Of a DNA stretch of 53,366 bases, positions 8,485-16,833 are shown in pieces; within the stretch, counting starts at the first letter, position 1; each line of letters starts with the position of its first letter. The position numbers were made by a program, and so were the translations under genes. The stretch is taken from positions 1 to 53,366 of the forward strand of contig JAJFHY010000114.1 in the NCBI GenBank assembly GCA_021775375.1. The letters are read 5' to 3'. A model generated the notes under the pieces. That model was not told where the DNA came from and ran no database searches. It saw nothing but the letters and a program-made list of their open reading frames with translations. The DNA comes from Amylibacter sp. GTDB taxonomy: Bacteria > Pseudomonadota > Alphaproteobacteria > Rhodobacterales > Rhodobacteraceae.

Positions 8485-9456
8485 ATGCAGCCAGTCTACA
8501 GCTTTGTTATCCCGTTTATGAACGAAGAAGAGGTGTTGCCCGCGTTAATCGAGCGGATGCGCGAATTGTTGGGTCAACTTGACGGAGCGGCTGAAGTTAT
8601 CTTTGTCGATGACGGCAGCAAAGATTTGAGCGCATCCGTTATTGCGCGCGCTATAGATGAAAACCCAACGTTCAAGCTGATCAGGCTGTCGCGGAATTTT
8701 GGCCACCAAATTGCAGTTACCGCGGGGCTTGATCATGCAAAAGGTGAGGCCGTGATAATCATGGATGCAGATTTGCAAGACCCGCCTGAAATCGCTTTGG
8801 ATTTAATCGCCGCATGGAAAAACGGGGCTGAAATTGTGCATGCACAGCGTAAGCAACGGGTGGGTGAGACGTGGTTCAAGAAATTATCCTCACATGTGTT
8901 TTACCGCGTTTTACGCCGCTTATCTGCAATTGATATCCCACGTAATGTTGGTGATTTTCGTCTGATTGACGCCAAGGTATTGCGTGCCTTTCAGGATATG
9001 CCCGAGCGGGACCGTTTCTTGCGCGGGATGTTTTCATGGGTCGGGTTCAAACAAGAAATTGTGCAATTTGACCGACCGGAACGTTATGCGGGGAAAACAA
9101 AATATCCGCTGCATAAGATGGTGCAGCTTGCAGTTGACGGGCTTGTGGGATTTTCTGATGTTCCGTTGCGGATGGCTTTATGGTTGGGGTCGCTGGTTTC
9201 CATCGGCGCAATTGGCTACGGTATTTATATCGCGGTGTGGGCAATATTCACTGATCGTCTTGTTGAAGGTTGGGCTTCGACCATTGTTGTATTGTCATTA
9301 TTAAGTGGAATTAATTTGTTGATCAGTGGGATTATCGGTCTCTACGTTGGCCGTATCCATAATGAGGCCAAGCAACGCCCTTTGTATTTCATTTCTGAAC
9401 AGGTCACGGCATCCTTGCCTAAAACGAAAACAAAGCACGCCAGCGTCAAAGGGTGA
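8485..9456 (+). CDS. GT2 polyprenyl-phosphate glycosyltransferase (GtrB/ArnC/YkoT-like)
   Basis: VIPFMNEEE, FVDDGSKD, LSRNFGHQ, MDADLQDPP, GDFRL, two C-terminal TM segments, EAKQRPLY. Confidence 0.92.
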   Translation: MQPVYSFVIPFMNEEEVLPALIERMRELLGQLDGAAEVIFVDDGSKDLSASVIARAIDENPTFKLIRLSRNFGHQIAVTAGLDHAKGEAVIIMDADLQDPPEIALDLIAAWKNGAEIVHAQRKQRVGETWFKKLSSHVFYRVLRRLSAIDIPRNVGDFRLIDAKVLRAFQDMPERDRFLRGMFSWVGFKQEIVQFDRPERYAGKTKYPLHKMVQLAVDGLVGFSDVPLRMALWLGSLVSIGAIGYGIYIAVWAIFTDRLVEGWASTIVVLSLLSGINLLISGIIGLYVGRIHNEAKQRPLYFISEQVTASLPKTKTKHASVKG

Positions 9457-9609
9457 ATTCGACGAATGTCGCAATATTTATGTTTTAACCGGTGAAGTTG
9501 GCGGGTTTCAAATTTATCGCCGTGAAGGCTGGGATGTGCCGGCGGAAAATGCCAGCACATATTAAACCAGGAAAATCTTGTTCTTGATTGTGTCGTTTCG
9601 GGCGGCAAA

Positions 9610-9624
9610 ATAATATATGTTATA
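9610..9624. promoter_or_regulatory. Second copy of the operator-like palindrome, upstream of gdhA
   Basis: ATAATATATGTTATA, 14/15 identical to 8320-8334. Confidence 0.5.
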
Positions 9625-9708
9625 ATTAGACAAAATAATAACAGTATGTATGTTGGGTTATGAGTCGTGTGAAAGCGATGTTGTTAAGTTATAAATGGGG
9701 AAATAAAT

Positions 9709-11124
9709 ATGCCACGCACCGTAGAGCCGTCCTTTCGTCAATCCGTTGATATGATGTTTGAAAAAGCTGTTAGCCTGATGGATTTATCGCCGGGATTACA
9801 GGAAAAAATTCGGGTATGTAACTCGACTTATACTGTGCGTTTCGGGGTTAAATTACGTGGAGATATTCACACGTTTACAGGGTATCGCGCCGTGCATTCG
9901 GAACATAAAGAGCCGGTTAAAGGCGGCATTCGTTTTGCGACATCGGTTAATCAAGACGAGGTTGAGGCTTTGGCGGCTCTGATGAGCTATAAATGTGCCT
10001 TGGTTGAAACTCCGTTTGGTGGTTCCAAAGGTGGCTTGCATATTGATCCCAACGCATGGGAAGCGGATGAAATGGAACGTATCACACGCCGTTTCGCCTA
10101 TGAGCTGATCAAGCGTGATTTGATCCACCCGTCACAAAATGTGCCTGCGCCGGATATGGGTACAGGCGAGCGTGAAATGGCGTGGATTGCCGACCAGTTC
10201 AGCCGCATGAACACAACCGAGTTGAACTCGGAAGCCTGCGTTACCGGCAAACCATTGAACAAGGGCGGTATTGCCGGTCGTGTCGAAGCAACAGGACGTG
10301 GCGTGCAATATGCCTTGCAGGAGTTTTTCCGCCATTCCGATGATATTAAAGCAGCCAAAATGAAGGGTACGTTAGACGGCAAGCGCGTTATCGTTCAAGG
10401 CTTGGGTAATGTGGGTTATCACGCCGCTAAATTCTTGTCCGAAGAAGACGGTTGTCTGATTACGGCTGTGATCGAACGTGACGGGGCTGTTATCGACGAC
10501 AAGGGGCTGAATATTGAAGAACTATCGCATTACATCCGTACACATGGTGGCGTGAAAGGCTTTTATGAGGGTGAATATGTAGAGAACGGGGCGGCCGTTT
10601 TGGAAAAAGACTGTGATATTCTGATCCCTGCTGCAATGGAAGGTGTGATTAACCTGTCAAATGCGGGCGATATCTCGTGCAAGCTGATCATCGAAGCTGC
10701 AAACGGCCCGGTTACAGCCGGTGCGGATGATATATTGCGTAAGGCGGGCGTGGTGATTATTCCGGATATGTATGCCAACGCAGGCGGTGTGACAGTTTCG
10801 TATTTTGAGTGGGTGAAAAACCTGAGCCATATCCGGTTTGGCCGGATGCAACGGCGCAAGGAAGAAGCCAACAATATTCTGCTGATCAAGGAAATGGAGC
10901 GGCTGGTAGGCAAGCCGGTATCCCACGATTTCAAAAATAAGTTTTTCCAGGGTGCAGGCGAGTTGGAGTTGGTACGCTCGGGGTTGGAAGACACTATGCG
11001 CGGGGCCTATCAGTCCATGCAAGAGGTTTGGCATTCCAGAAATGATGTGGATAGCTTACGCACAGCGGCTTATTTGGTGTCCCTGGGACGCATTGCAGAC
11101 AGCTATAAGGGATTGGGTCTGTAG
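9709..11124 (+). CDS. gdhA: Glutamate dehydrogenase (Glu/Leu/Phe/Val dehydrogenase family)
   Basis: KGGIRF, PFGGSKGG, VPAPDMGT, VTGKP, QGLGNVG, EAANGP, ANAGGVTVSYFEW. Confidence 0.93.
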   Translation: MPRTVEPSFRQSVDMMFEKAVSLMDLSPGLQEKIRVCNSTYTVRFGVKLRGDIHTFTGYRAVHSEHKEPVKGGIRFATSVNQDEVEALAALMSYKCALVETPFGGSKGGLHIDPNAWEADEMERITRRFAYELIKRDLIHPSQNVPAPDMGTGEREMAWIADQFSRMNTTELNSEACVTGKPLNKGGIAGRVEATGRGVQYALQEFFRHSDDIKAAKMKGTLDGKRVIVQGLGNVGYHAAKFLSEEDGCLITAVIERDGAVIDDKGLNIEELSHYIRTHGGVKGFYEGEYVENGAAVLEKDCDILIPAAMEGVINLSNAGDISCKLIIEAANGPVTAGADDILRKAGVVIIPDMYANAGGVTVSYFEWVKNLSHIRFGRMQRRKEEANNILLIKEMERLVGKPVSHDFKNKFFQGAGELELVRSGLEDTMRGAYQSMQEVWHSRNDVDSLRTAAYLVSLGRIADSYKGLGL

Positions 11125-11135
11125 CATCACCGGTA

Positions 11136-12011
11136 TTAATGCGGCGTAGTTCCGTCTATTTTTGCTTTCAGGTTGCGGTAGGATTTGATTTTCTCCTCTG
11201 CTTCTTTGCCACCTGCGATAACAAGCAAATGCAGCAGGCTTTCCAGAATGGCGATCACGCCTAGATAGCATGCAAAGGCATAGGGGCTTTCCATTTCCGC
11301 TGTTAGAACCGCTTCTGGTTCCAGCTCGGAAAGCGGCAGGTCTGAATCCGTTATAATCAACAGCTTAAGCCCTTTTTCACGGGCAAATTTACAAGCGTTT
11401 ATCGTCACCTGGCTATAGGGGCTTACGGTTATAGCCAATAAAACATCCCCTTCATCTGCAAAGTTCAGATCGACGATGGGGTTTGCCATATCGCGCGGGA
11501 TAAACTGCACATTTGGCAAGGCCAGTCTGGCTATATGTTGAAAGTAATTGGCCAATGTGTAGCTGGTGCTGGTGGCTGTCACATAAACTGTGCGTGCATT
11601 GGTCAATTCGGTTACGAATTTGTCGGAAATTTCCGGCGTCATCTGTTGTAAGCTATGTTTCAGGATGGACATCGAATTCTCAGCAGAATCCGCAAGAATT
11701 GTACCCGTCGATCCTTGGGCCGATAAATCGTCCAACCATTTGGCGTTTACTGTCGTGTTTGTGGTACTGCGCAATGCGCGCCTGAAAGGTTCACGGAATT
11801 CTTCAAATCCGGGAAAGCTCATTTCCTTGGAGAGCCTGACAAGCGAATAGGTGCTGACACCGGTTTTTTCGGCAGTGGTTCTTATTGGGTCAATGCCAAA
11901 ATCGGCCGGGTGGTCGATGATATACTTTGCCGCAAGCTGCAGGGTGGGGGGCAGTTGTGAATACTGTTCCCGTATCTTTGACAACACCTGATTTTGCAGT
12001 GTTTTGCTCAT
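11136..12011 (-). CDS. MurR/RpiR family transcriptional regulator
   Basis: N-terminal RpiR HTH (AAKYIIDHP...GVSTYSLVRL...GFEEF) and a SIS domain (DVLLAITVSPYS, LIITDS). Confidence 0.88.
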   Translation of the reverse strand: MSKTLQNQVLSKIREQYSQLPPTLQLAAKYIIDHPADFGIDPIRTTAEKTGVSTYSLVRLSKEMSFPGFEEFREPFRRALRSTTNTTVNAKWLDDLSAQGSTGTILADSAENSMSILKHSLQQMTPEISDKFVTELTNARTVYVTATSTSYTLANYFQHIARLALPNVQFIPRDMANPIVDLNFADEGDVLLAITVSPYSQVTINACKFAREKGLKLLIITDSDLPLSELEPEAVLTAEMESPYAFACYLGVIAILESLLHLLVIAGGKEAEEKIKSYRNLKAKIDGTTPH

Positions 12012-12051
12012 AATTCAGCTTTCAGTTTTATTGATCCCGTGAGTGTAGACC

Positions 12052-12777
12052 CTAGAGGTGTAGTTTAACTGTTTCCAGTTGTTTGTAAAACGGCATCGCG
12101 CTTTCAAGCACATCTTGCAAACTATCCTCTACGTTGGGCAACGGGCCTTCTGTTCCGGCAAATCCGGTGCTGTTCCAAACCGCAGGATACCAATGCGGCG
12201 CCCACGGGCCGTCATTCGGGTGACCGCCTTTCGGCCAACTGAGCATGGCAGGGTCAAACGGCAGGTTTATAGCTTTGCATAAGGCCCGCAACATACCGTC
12301 GGGATTTGCACGTATATCTGCGCTATCAATCACAATCGGGGCGTGGCCCAAGTGCTGGGCCATCTGGTCAAAAAGTTCGGCTTGTTCCTGAAAGCCGATA
12401 TCAGCCAGACACGGGCTTTCGCGTTTGGCGTGATAGCTGGCAATAACCCGTGCAGGGTGGCGGATCAAAAATACGTTTGTGACGTCTTTCATCCATTCGC
12501 GATCAAACGCGGGCAGCATATGTTGGGTCATGTGTTTTTGGTAGAAGACAGATTTACCTTGCGGTGTACCTCCTTGTAAACGCGTGGCAATCTCGGACGC
12601 GTCATGGGGCCATTTAGCAAGGATTTCGGCGCGCATCGGGTGTTCCAGGCCGGTTTCCAACAAATAGGCTGCGTAATATGGCTCGTCCCAAATCGCACAA
12701 TCCTTGCGTGCGCCAAAGGCATACATCATTGCGGTTGACAGGTTACGTGGCCCTGACCACATCGCTATACGTGTCAT
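12052..12777 (-). CDS. Sulfotransferase-like P-loop protein (partner of class IV aminotransferases)
   Basis: MWSGPRNLSTAMMY, DEPYY, QKHM, FLIRHP, WAPHWY...STGF. Confidence 0.75.
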   Translation of the reverse strand: MTRIAMWSGPRNLSTAMMYAFGARKDCAIWDEPYYAAYLLETGLEHPMRAEILAKWPHDASEIATRLQGGTPQGKSVFYQKHMTQHMLPAFDREWMKDVTNVFLIRHPARVIASYHAKRESPCLADIGFQEQAELFDQMAQHLGHAPIVIDSADIRANPDGMLRALCKAINLPFDPAMLSWPKGGHPNDGPWAPHWYPAVWNSTGFAGTEGPLPNVEDSLQDVLESAMPFYKQLETVKLHL

Positions 12778-13682
12778 GCTGTTTCTGCAGCGATCAGCGC
12801 GGCGTAAAGTGCGCGAATGCGCTTGGTCACAGGGCCAAGTTCTGTTTCGCCGATCTTGCGTCCGTCGATTTCAGAAACAGGGGTTTGTGCGCCGAACGTG
12901 CCGGTTAAAAAGGCCTCATCCGCACTATATGTATCGACCAGTGAATAATTGCGTTCAAGGCATTCAATGCCATTGGCGCGGCAAAGATCGATCACCTTTT
13001 GGCGGGTGATCCCGTTCATGCAATAATCCCCTGTACTTGTCCAAACCACGCCCTTTTTGACGATGAAAAAATTACAGGCGTTGGTTGTGTTTACAAAACC
13101 GTTGATGTCCAGCATCAAAGCCTCATCCGCGCCGGCTTTTTCAGCGGCAATACATGCCAGTATGCAGTTCAGTTTGGAGTGAGAATTCAACTTCGGGTCT
13201 TGTGTCATCGGCAGTCCGCGCACGTGTGGCACGGTCGCCAGACGGATGGGTCGTGGCAGGGATGGTTTGGAATGCTCGCAGATAATCACAATGGTCGGGC
13301 CTGTGCGGGACAAAGACGGGTGTTGAAACGGTTTGACCTTAACGCCGCGTGTAACCATCAGGCGGACATGCACGTCAGTGGTCATATCATTGGCTTTACG
13401 CGTGGCTTCAAGGGCTGCAATGACACCTGCGCGGTCCATGCCGATGTCCAGATCAATCGCTTTGGCGGCCTCGAACAAACGGTCCATGTGATCGTCCAGA
13501 AATGCCCAAACCCCATTATAAAGCCGCAAGCCCTCCCAAACACCGTCACCCAGCATAAAGCCACTGTCATAGACCGATACGACAGCTTGTGCGCGTGGCA
13601 CAATTTTACCGTTCACGTATATCTTGATGGTATCGTTACGCTGATCATCGGCGGCCTGATGGGTTGTGATGTTCGTTTGCAT
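12774..13682 (-). CDS. Class IV aminotransferase (D-amino acid/BCAT-like)
   Basis: VSVYDSGFMLGDGVWEGLR, HMDRL, RLMVTRG, DEALML, GITRQ, ADEAFLTGT; start taken at ATG 13682. Confidence 0.9.
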   Translation of the reverse strand: MQTNITTHQAADDQRNDTIKIYVNGKIVPRAQAVVSVYDSGFMLGDGVWEGLRLYNGVWAFLDDHMDRLFEAAKAIDLDIGMDRAGVIAALEATRKANDMTTDVHVRLMVTRGVKVKPFQHPSLSRTGPTIVIICEHSKPSLPRPIRLATVPHVRGLPMTQDPKLNSHSKLNCILACIAAEKAGADEALMLDINGFVNTTNACNFFIVKKGVVWTSTGDYCMNGITRQKVIDLCRANGIECLERNYSLVDTYSADEAFLTGTFGAQTPVSEIDGRKIGETELGPVTKRIRALYAALIAAETA

Positions 13683-13760
13683 AGTTTTGCCTTTTGAATA
13701 ATGATCCGTACCAATAGACACGAAATATAAGCTGTGATGTCAATTGTGTATTGTTCGGGT

Positions 13761-14711
13761 TTAAAACGAAAATTTTTCATCAGGCATATGGAGGCCGTTT
13801 ACCAAAGATGTAAGTCGGGTTGCGCTGTGTTTTAGAAATGGCTCTATGATCGGTGCATTGCTGATTTCTGCGTTCCAGATCAGTTCAAAAGCGATATATG
13901 TTGCAGTGTCTTTATCAATCATCAAGGGGCGCGCTATTTTGCGGTTTGCTTGTGTGATTTTCGACCAAGGCAAAATCGCCGAGGCTAGTCCGAGGTTGGC
14001 CCATTCTTGCATCACTTGATAGCTGACAGCCTGGCCGGCATATTCCTTTATGATTATATCTTGATTTTTAAACCAGCTACGTGTCGCATTTGCATGTCCG
14101 CATGTGTCCGGAGTTAGAATGAAGGTTTCATCAGCTAACTGATTTATTGTAACAGGGCCGGACCCTGCAACAATGGATGTGGCACTGTCGCGGGGCACAA
14201 CAAAAATGGGCTCGCGATAGAAGGGGTGTGTCTTGGTTTTGATCTGCAACTCTTTAGGAGTATGTTGCACGGGCCGTATTGCAATACTGATCTGTCCTGT
14301 TTCCAGACGTTTGATCAGATTGTCCATGAAACATTCTTTGAAATAAGTGGTTAGATCCGGGTTTTGATCGGTAAACGGGGTCACCAGCGTATTGATCAGG
14401 CGCATATCCACAAGTGGTGAAAATCCAATCGCAAGAAGCTTGTGGTCCGGTTCGAAATACAATGTTGCCTTATCCAATAGTTCCCTCTTGGCGTCCAGCA
14501 TTGCCTGTATTGCGGGCAGCATATGATCTCCGAATTGTGTCAGACTGACATGTCGGGTTGTGCGTTCAAATAATTTGCCACCAAGTGCGTCTTCAAGATG
14601 TCTGATACCGTTAGACAGTGTGGGTTGTGTGACGTAACAATTTTCAGAAGCCTGTGTGAACGATCCGGAGCGGGCTACTTCAGTTGCAAATTTTAAGTGA
14701 TTGAGGTTCAT
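13761..14711 (-). CDS. LysR family regulator (OxyR-like HTH)
   Basis: SFTQASENCYVTQPTLSNGIRHLEDALGGKLFERTTR; divergent from the GST operon. Confidence 0.9.
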   Translation of the reverse strand: MNLNHLKFATEVARSGSFTQASENCYVTQPTLSNGIRHLEDALGGKLFERTTRHVSLTQFGDHMLPAIQAMLDAKRELLDKATLYFEPDHKLLAIGFSPLVDMRLINTLVTPFTDQNPDLTTYFKECFMDNLIKRLETGQISIAIRPVQHTPKELQIKTKTHPFYREPIFVVPRDSATSIVAGSGPVTINQLADETFILTPDTCGHANATRSWFKNQDIIIKEYAGQAVSYQVMQEWANLGLASAILPWSKITQANRKIARPLMIDKDTATYIAFELIWNAEISNAPIIEPFLKHSATRLTSLVNGLHMPDEKFSF

Positions 14712-14733
14712 TGGGTGCCCTTGTAAATGATTT

Positions 14734-14748
14734 ATAGAGTTTTTCTAT
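14734..14748. promoter_or_regulatory. LysR recognition box ATAG-N7-CTAT
   Basis: ATAGAGTTTTTCTAT in the divergent intergenic region, with further ATAG repeats downstream. Confidence 0.55.
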
Positions 14749-14832
14749 TAAAGTTATAGAAAAATAGAATTTAACTAATTATAGCATATATCCTATGTCA
14801 ACTTCAACTGAAATTTAAATTGACTGGAACCT

Positions 14833-15456
14833 ATGATGAAGATTTACGATACACCGGCTTTTGCTAATCCTGCGCGTGTCCGTATTGCGCTGGCAGAGAA
14901 AGGCGCGACGGACAAAGTTACGTTTGTAGAAGTGGATGTGATGAACAAAGAACATCGCACCGAAGCTTATCTTGCAAAAAATCCTGATGCGTCCGTACCC
15001 TGTATGGAGTTGGACGATGGTACTTACCTGTCGCATTGCACAGCGATAACAGAATATATTGACGGGCATTTCGAAGGAGTGCCCTTGTGCGGTGTAACCC
15101 CTAAGGAACGTGCGGTAATCCACATGATGAACCGACGTGCAGAGGTGGGGTTACTGGACGCTGTGGCGGCTTATTTTCACCATGCAACCGAAGGGTTGGG
15201 GCCGGAACTGGAAGTCTATCAAAATAAAGAATGGGGCATGAAGCAACGTGAAAATGCATTGCAGGCAATGGGGCATCTTGACGGGGTTCTTGCAAACACC
15301 GATTATGTTGCTGGTGATAACTTTTCGATGGCGGATATTACGGTGTTCGCAGGCTTGGCCTTTGCAGATTTTGCAGGCGTGGAAATTAGTGATGAATTGC
15401 AAAACCTGACGGCTTGGCGTGGCAAAGTTGCCGCCCGCCCAAGTATTGCAGGATAG
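14833..15456 (+). CDS. Glutathione S-transferase (GTT2-like)
   Basis: NPARVRIALAEKG, KNPDASVP..LDDG, YVAGDNFSMADIT. Confidence 0.9.
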   Translation: MMKIYDTPAFANPARVRIALAEKGATDKVTFVEVDVMNKEHRTEAYLAKNPDASVPCMELDDGTYLSHCTAITEYIDGHFEGVPLCGVTPKERAVIHMMNRRAEVGLLDAVAAYFHHATEGLGPELEVYQNKEWGMKQRENALQAMGHLDGVLANTDYVAGDNFSMADITVFAGLAFADFAGVEISDELQNLTAWRGKVAARPSIAG

Positions 15457-15465
15457 GAGCGAGCC

Positions 15466-16143
15466 ATGAATATAAATGCAGATTTCGATAAGCGCGTGCT
15501 TATGCATTCCGATGAGATCGACTGGCTGGCCTCACCAATGCCGGGTGTTGATCGGCGGATGCTTGACCGCATAGGTGATGAGGTGGCACGCGCCACGACG
15601 ATCGTGCGCTATGCAGCTAATAGTAAGTTTTCAGCCCATACCCATACGGGTGGAGAGGAATACATCGTGTTGGAGGGTGTGTTTCAGGACGAGCACGGCG
15701 ATTTTCCTGTGGGCAGCTATGTCCGCAATCCACCGACATCAAGTCATACGCCCGGGTCAGATGATGGCTGTGTTATTTTTGTGAAGCTTTGGCAGTTCGA
15801 TATGGATGACCGCACCCAAGTGATGATCGACATGAATAAGAACACATCTGTCGAAGCTGCGGGTCGTGATGGTGTGGCGGTGATGCCGTTGTTCAGCGAT
15901 GCGGATGAAACCGTTATAATGGAAACATGGGATGCTGATGCGCATGTGGACATGGATTTGCCACTGGGTGGTGAGTTTCTGGTTTTAGATGGTGGATTTC
16001 GTGAAGGCGGCGATGATCTGCGCAAACATTCATGGCTGCGCTTGCCTGTTGGTAGCAACCTGTCTGCAATTACGGGTAAACAGGGCGCGAAGGTCTGGAT
16101 TAAAACCGGACATTTACCCCATGCAAAAGCACCGAAAGGATAA
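15466..16143 (+). CDS. ChrR-like double-cupin protein (no anti-sigma domain)
   Basis: INADF..R, SPMPGVDRRMLDRIGDEVARATTIVRY, HTHTGGEE, VKLWQF. Confidence 0.88.
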   Translation: MNINADFDKRVLMHSDEIDWLASPMPGVDRRMLDRIGDEVARATTIVRYAANSKFSAHTHTGGEEYIVLEGVFQDEHGDFPVGSYVRNPPTSSHTPGSDDGCVIFVKLWQFDMDDRTQVMIDMNKNTSVEAAGRDGVAVMPLFSDADETVIMETWDADAHVDMDLPLGGEFLVLDGGFREGGDDLRKHSWLRLPVGSNLSAITGKQGAKVWIKTGHLPHAKAPKG

Positions 16144-16145
16144 AT

Positions 16146-16829
16146 ATGACAGATAAATCATTGGCAATCGTTGCAGGTGCCGGCCCGGGTTTGGGCCGCG
16201 CCCTGTTGCGCCGTTTTGAAGAAGGCGGGATGCGGGCCGTCGGACTTGTGCGTAACGTGCCTGACGATAAGGCGGGGCTGGATATCCATTGTTGTGATTT
16301 AAGCGATGTCACGGCAAGTAAACGCACTATATCCGCGTTAATTCAAGAGTTTGGCCCGCCAAAAATCGTTGTCCATAACCCATCAAATCTAATTATATCG
16401 CCGTTCTTGGAACTTGATCTTAATGCATTCGAAGCCAGCTGGCGATCTGTGGTTCTAACGGCGGCTGTGCTGGGCCAATCGGTTATACCCTCGATGGTGC
16501 AAAACGGAGGTGGCGCTTTTATTGTTTCGGGTGCCACGGCAAGTTTGCGCGGTGGGGCGCGGTTTGCGGCCCTTGCGTCGCCCAAGTTTGCATTGCGCGG
16601 ATTGACACAATCATTGGCGCGAGAGTTTCAGCCAGCCGGCATTCATGTCATTCATGCCATTTTGGACGGGATAATTGATACCGACCGCAGCCGATCCAAA
16701 CATGGGCTTGATCCTGCAAAGATGATGCGCCCCGCAGATATAGCGGATGCTTATTGGCACCTTGCACACCAACCGGCCTCTGCCTGGTCGCATGAGGTTG
16801 ATTTGCGTCCACAAAGTGAGACGTTCTAA
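16146..16829 (+). CDS. SDR family oxidoreductase
   Basis: GAGPGLG, GATASLRG, KFALRGLTQSLARE, HVIHAILDG; the canonical catalytic Tyr is absent. Confidence 0.88.
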   Translation: MTDKSLAIVAGAGPGLGRALLRRFEEGGMRAVGLVRNVPDDKAGLDIHCCDLSDVTASKRTISALIQEFGPPKIVVHNPSNLIISPFLELDLNAFEASWRSVVLTAAVLGQSVIPSMVQNGGGAFIVSGATASLRGGARFAALASPKFALRGLTQSLAREFQPAGIHVIHAILDGIIDTDRSRSKHGLDPAKMMRPADIADAYWHLAHQPASAWSHEVDLRPQSETF

Positions 16830-16833
16830 AGCA

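Noticed and set aside
15466-16143. ChrR anti-sigma factor or cupin DMSP lyase
   Set aside because: It lacks the zinc anti-sigma domain and an adjacent ECF sigma; nothing specific supports a Ddd enzyme
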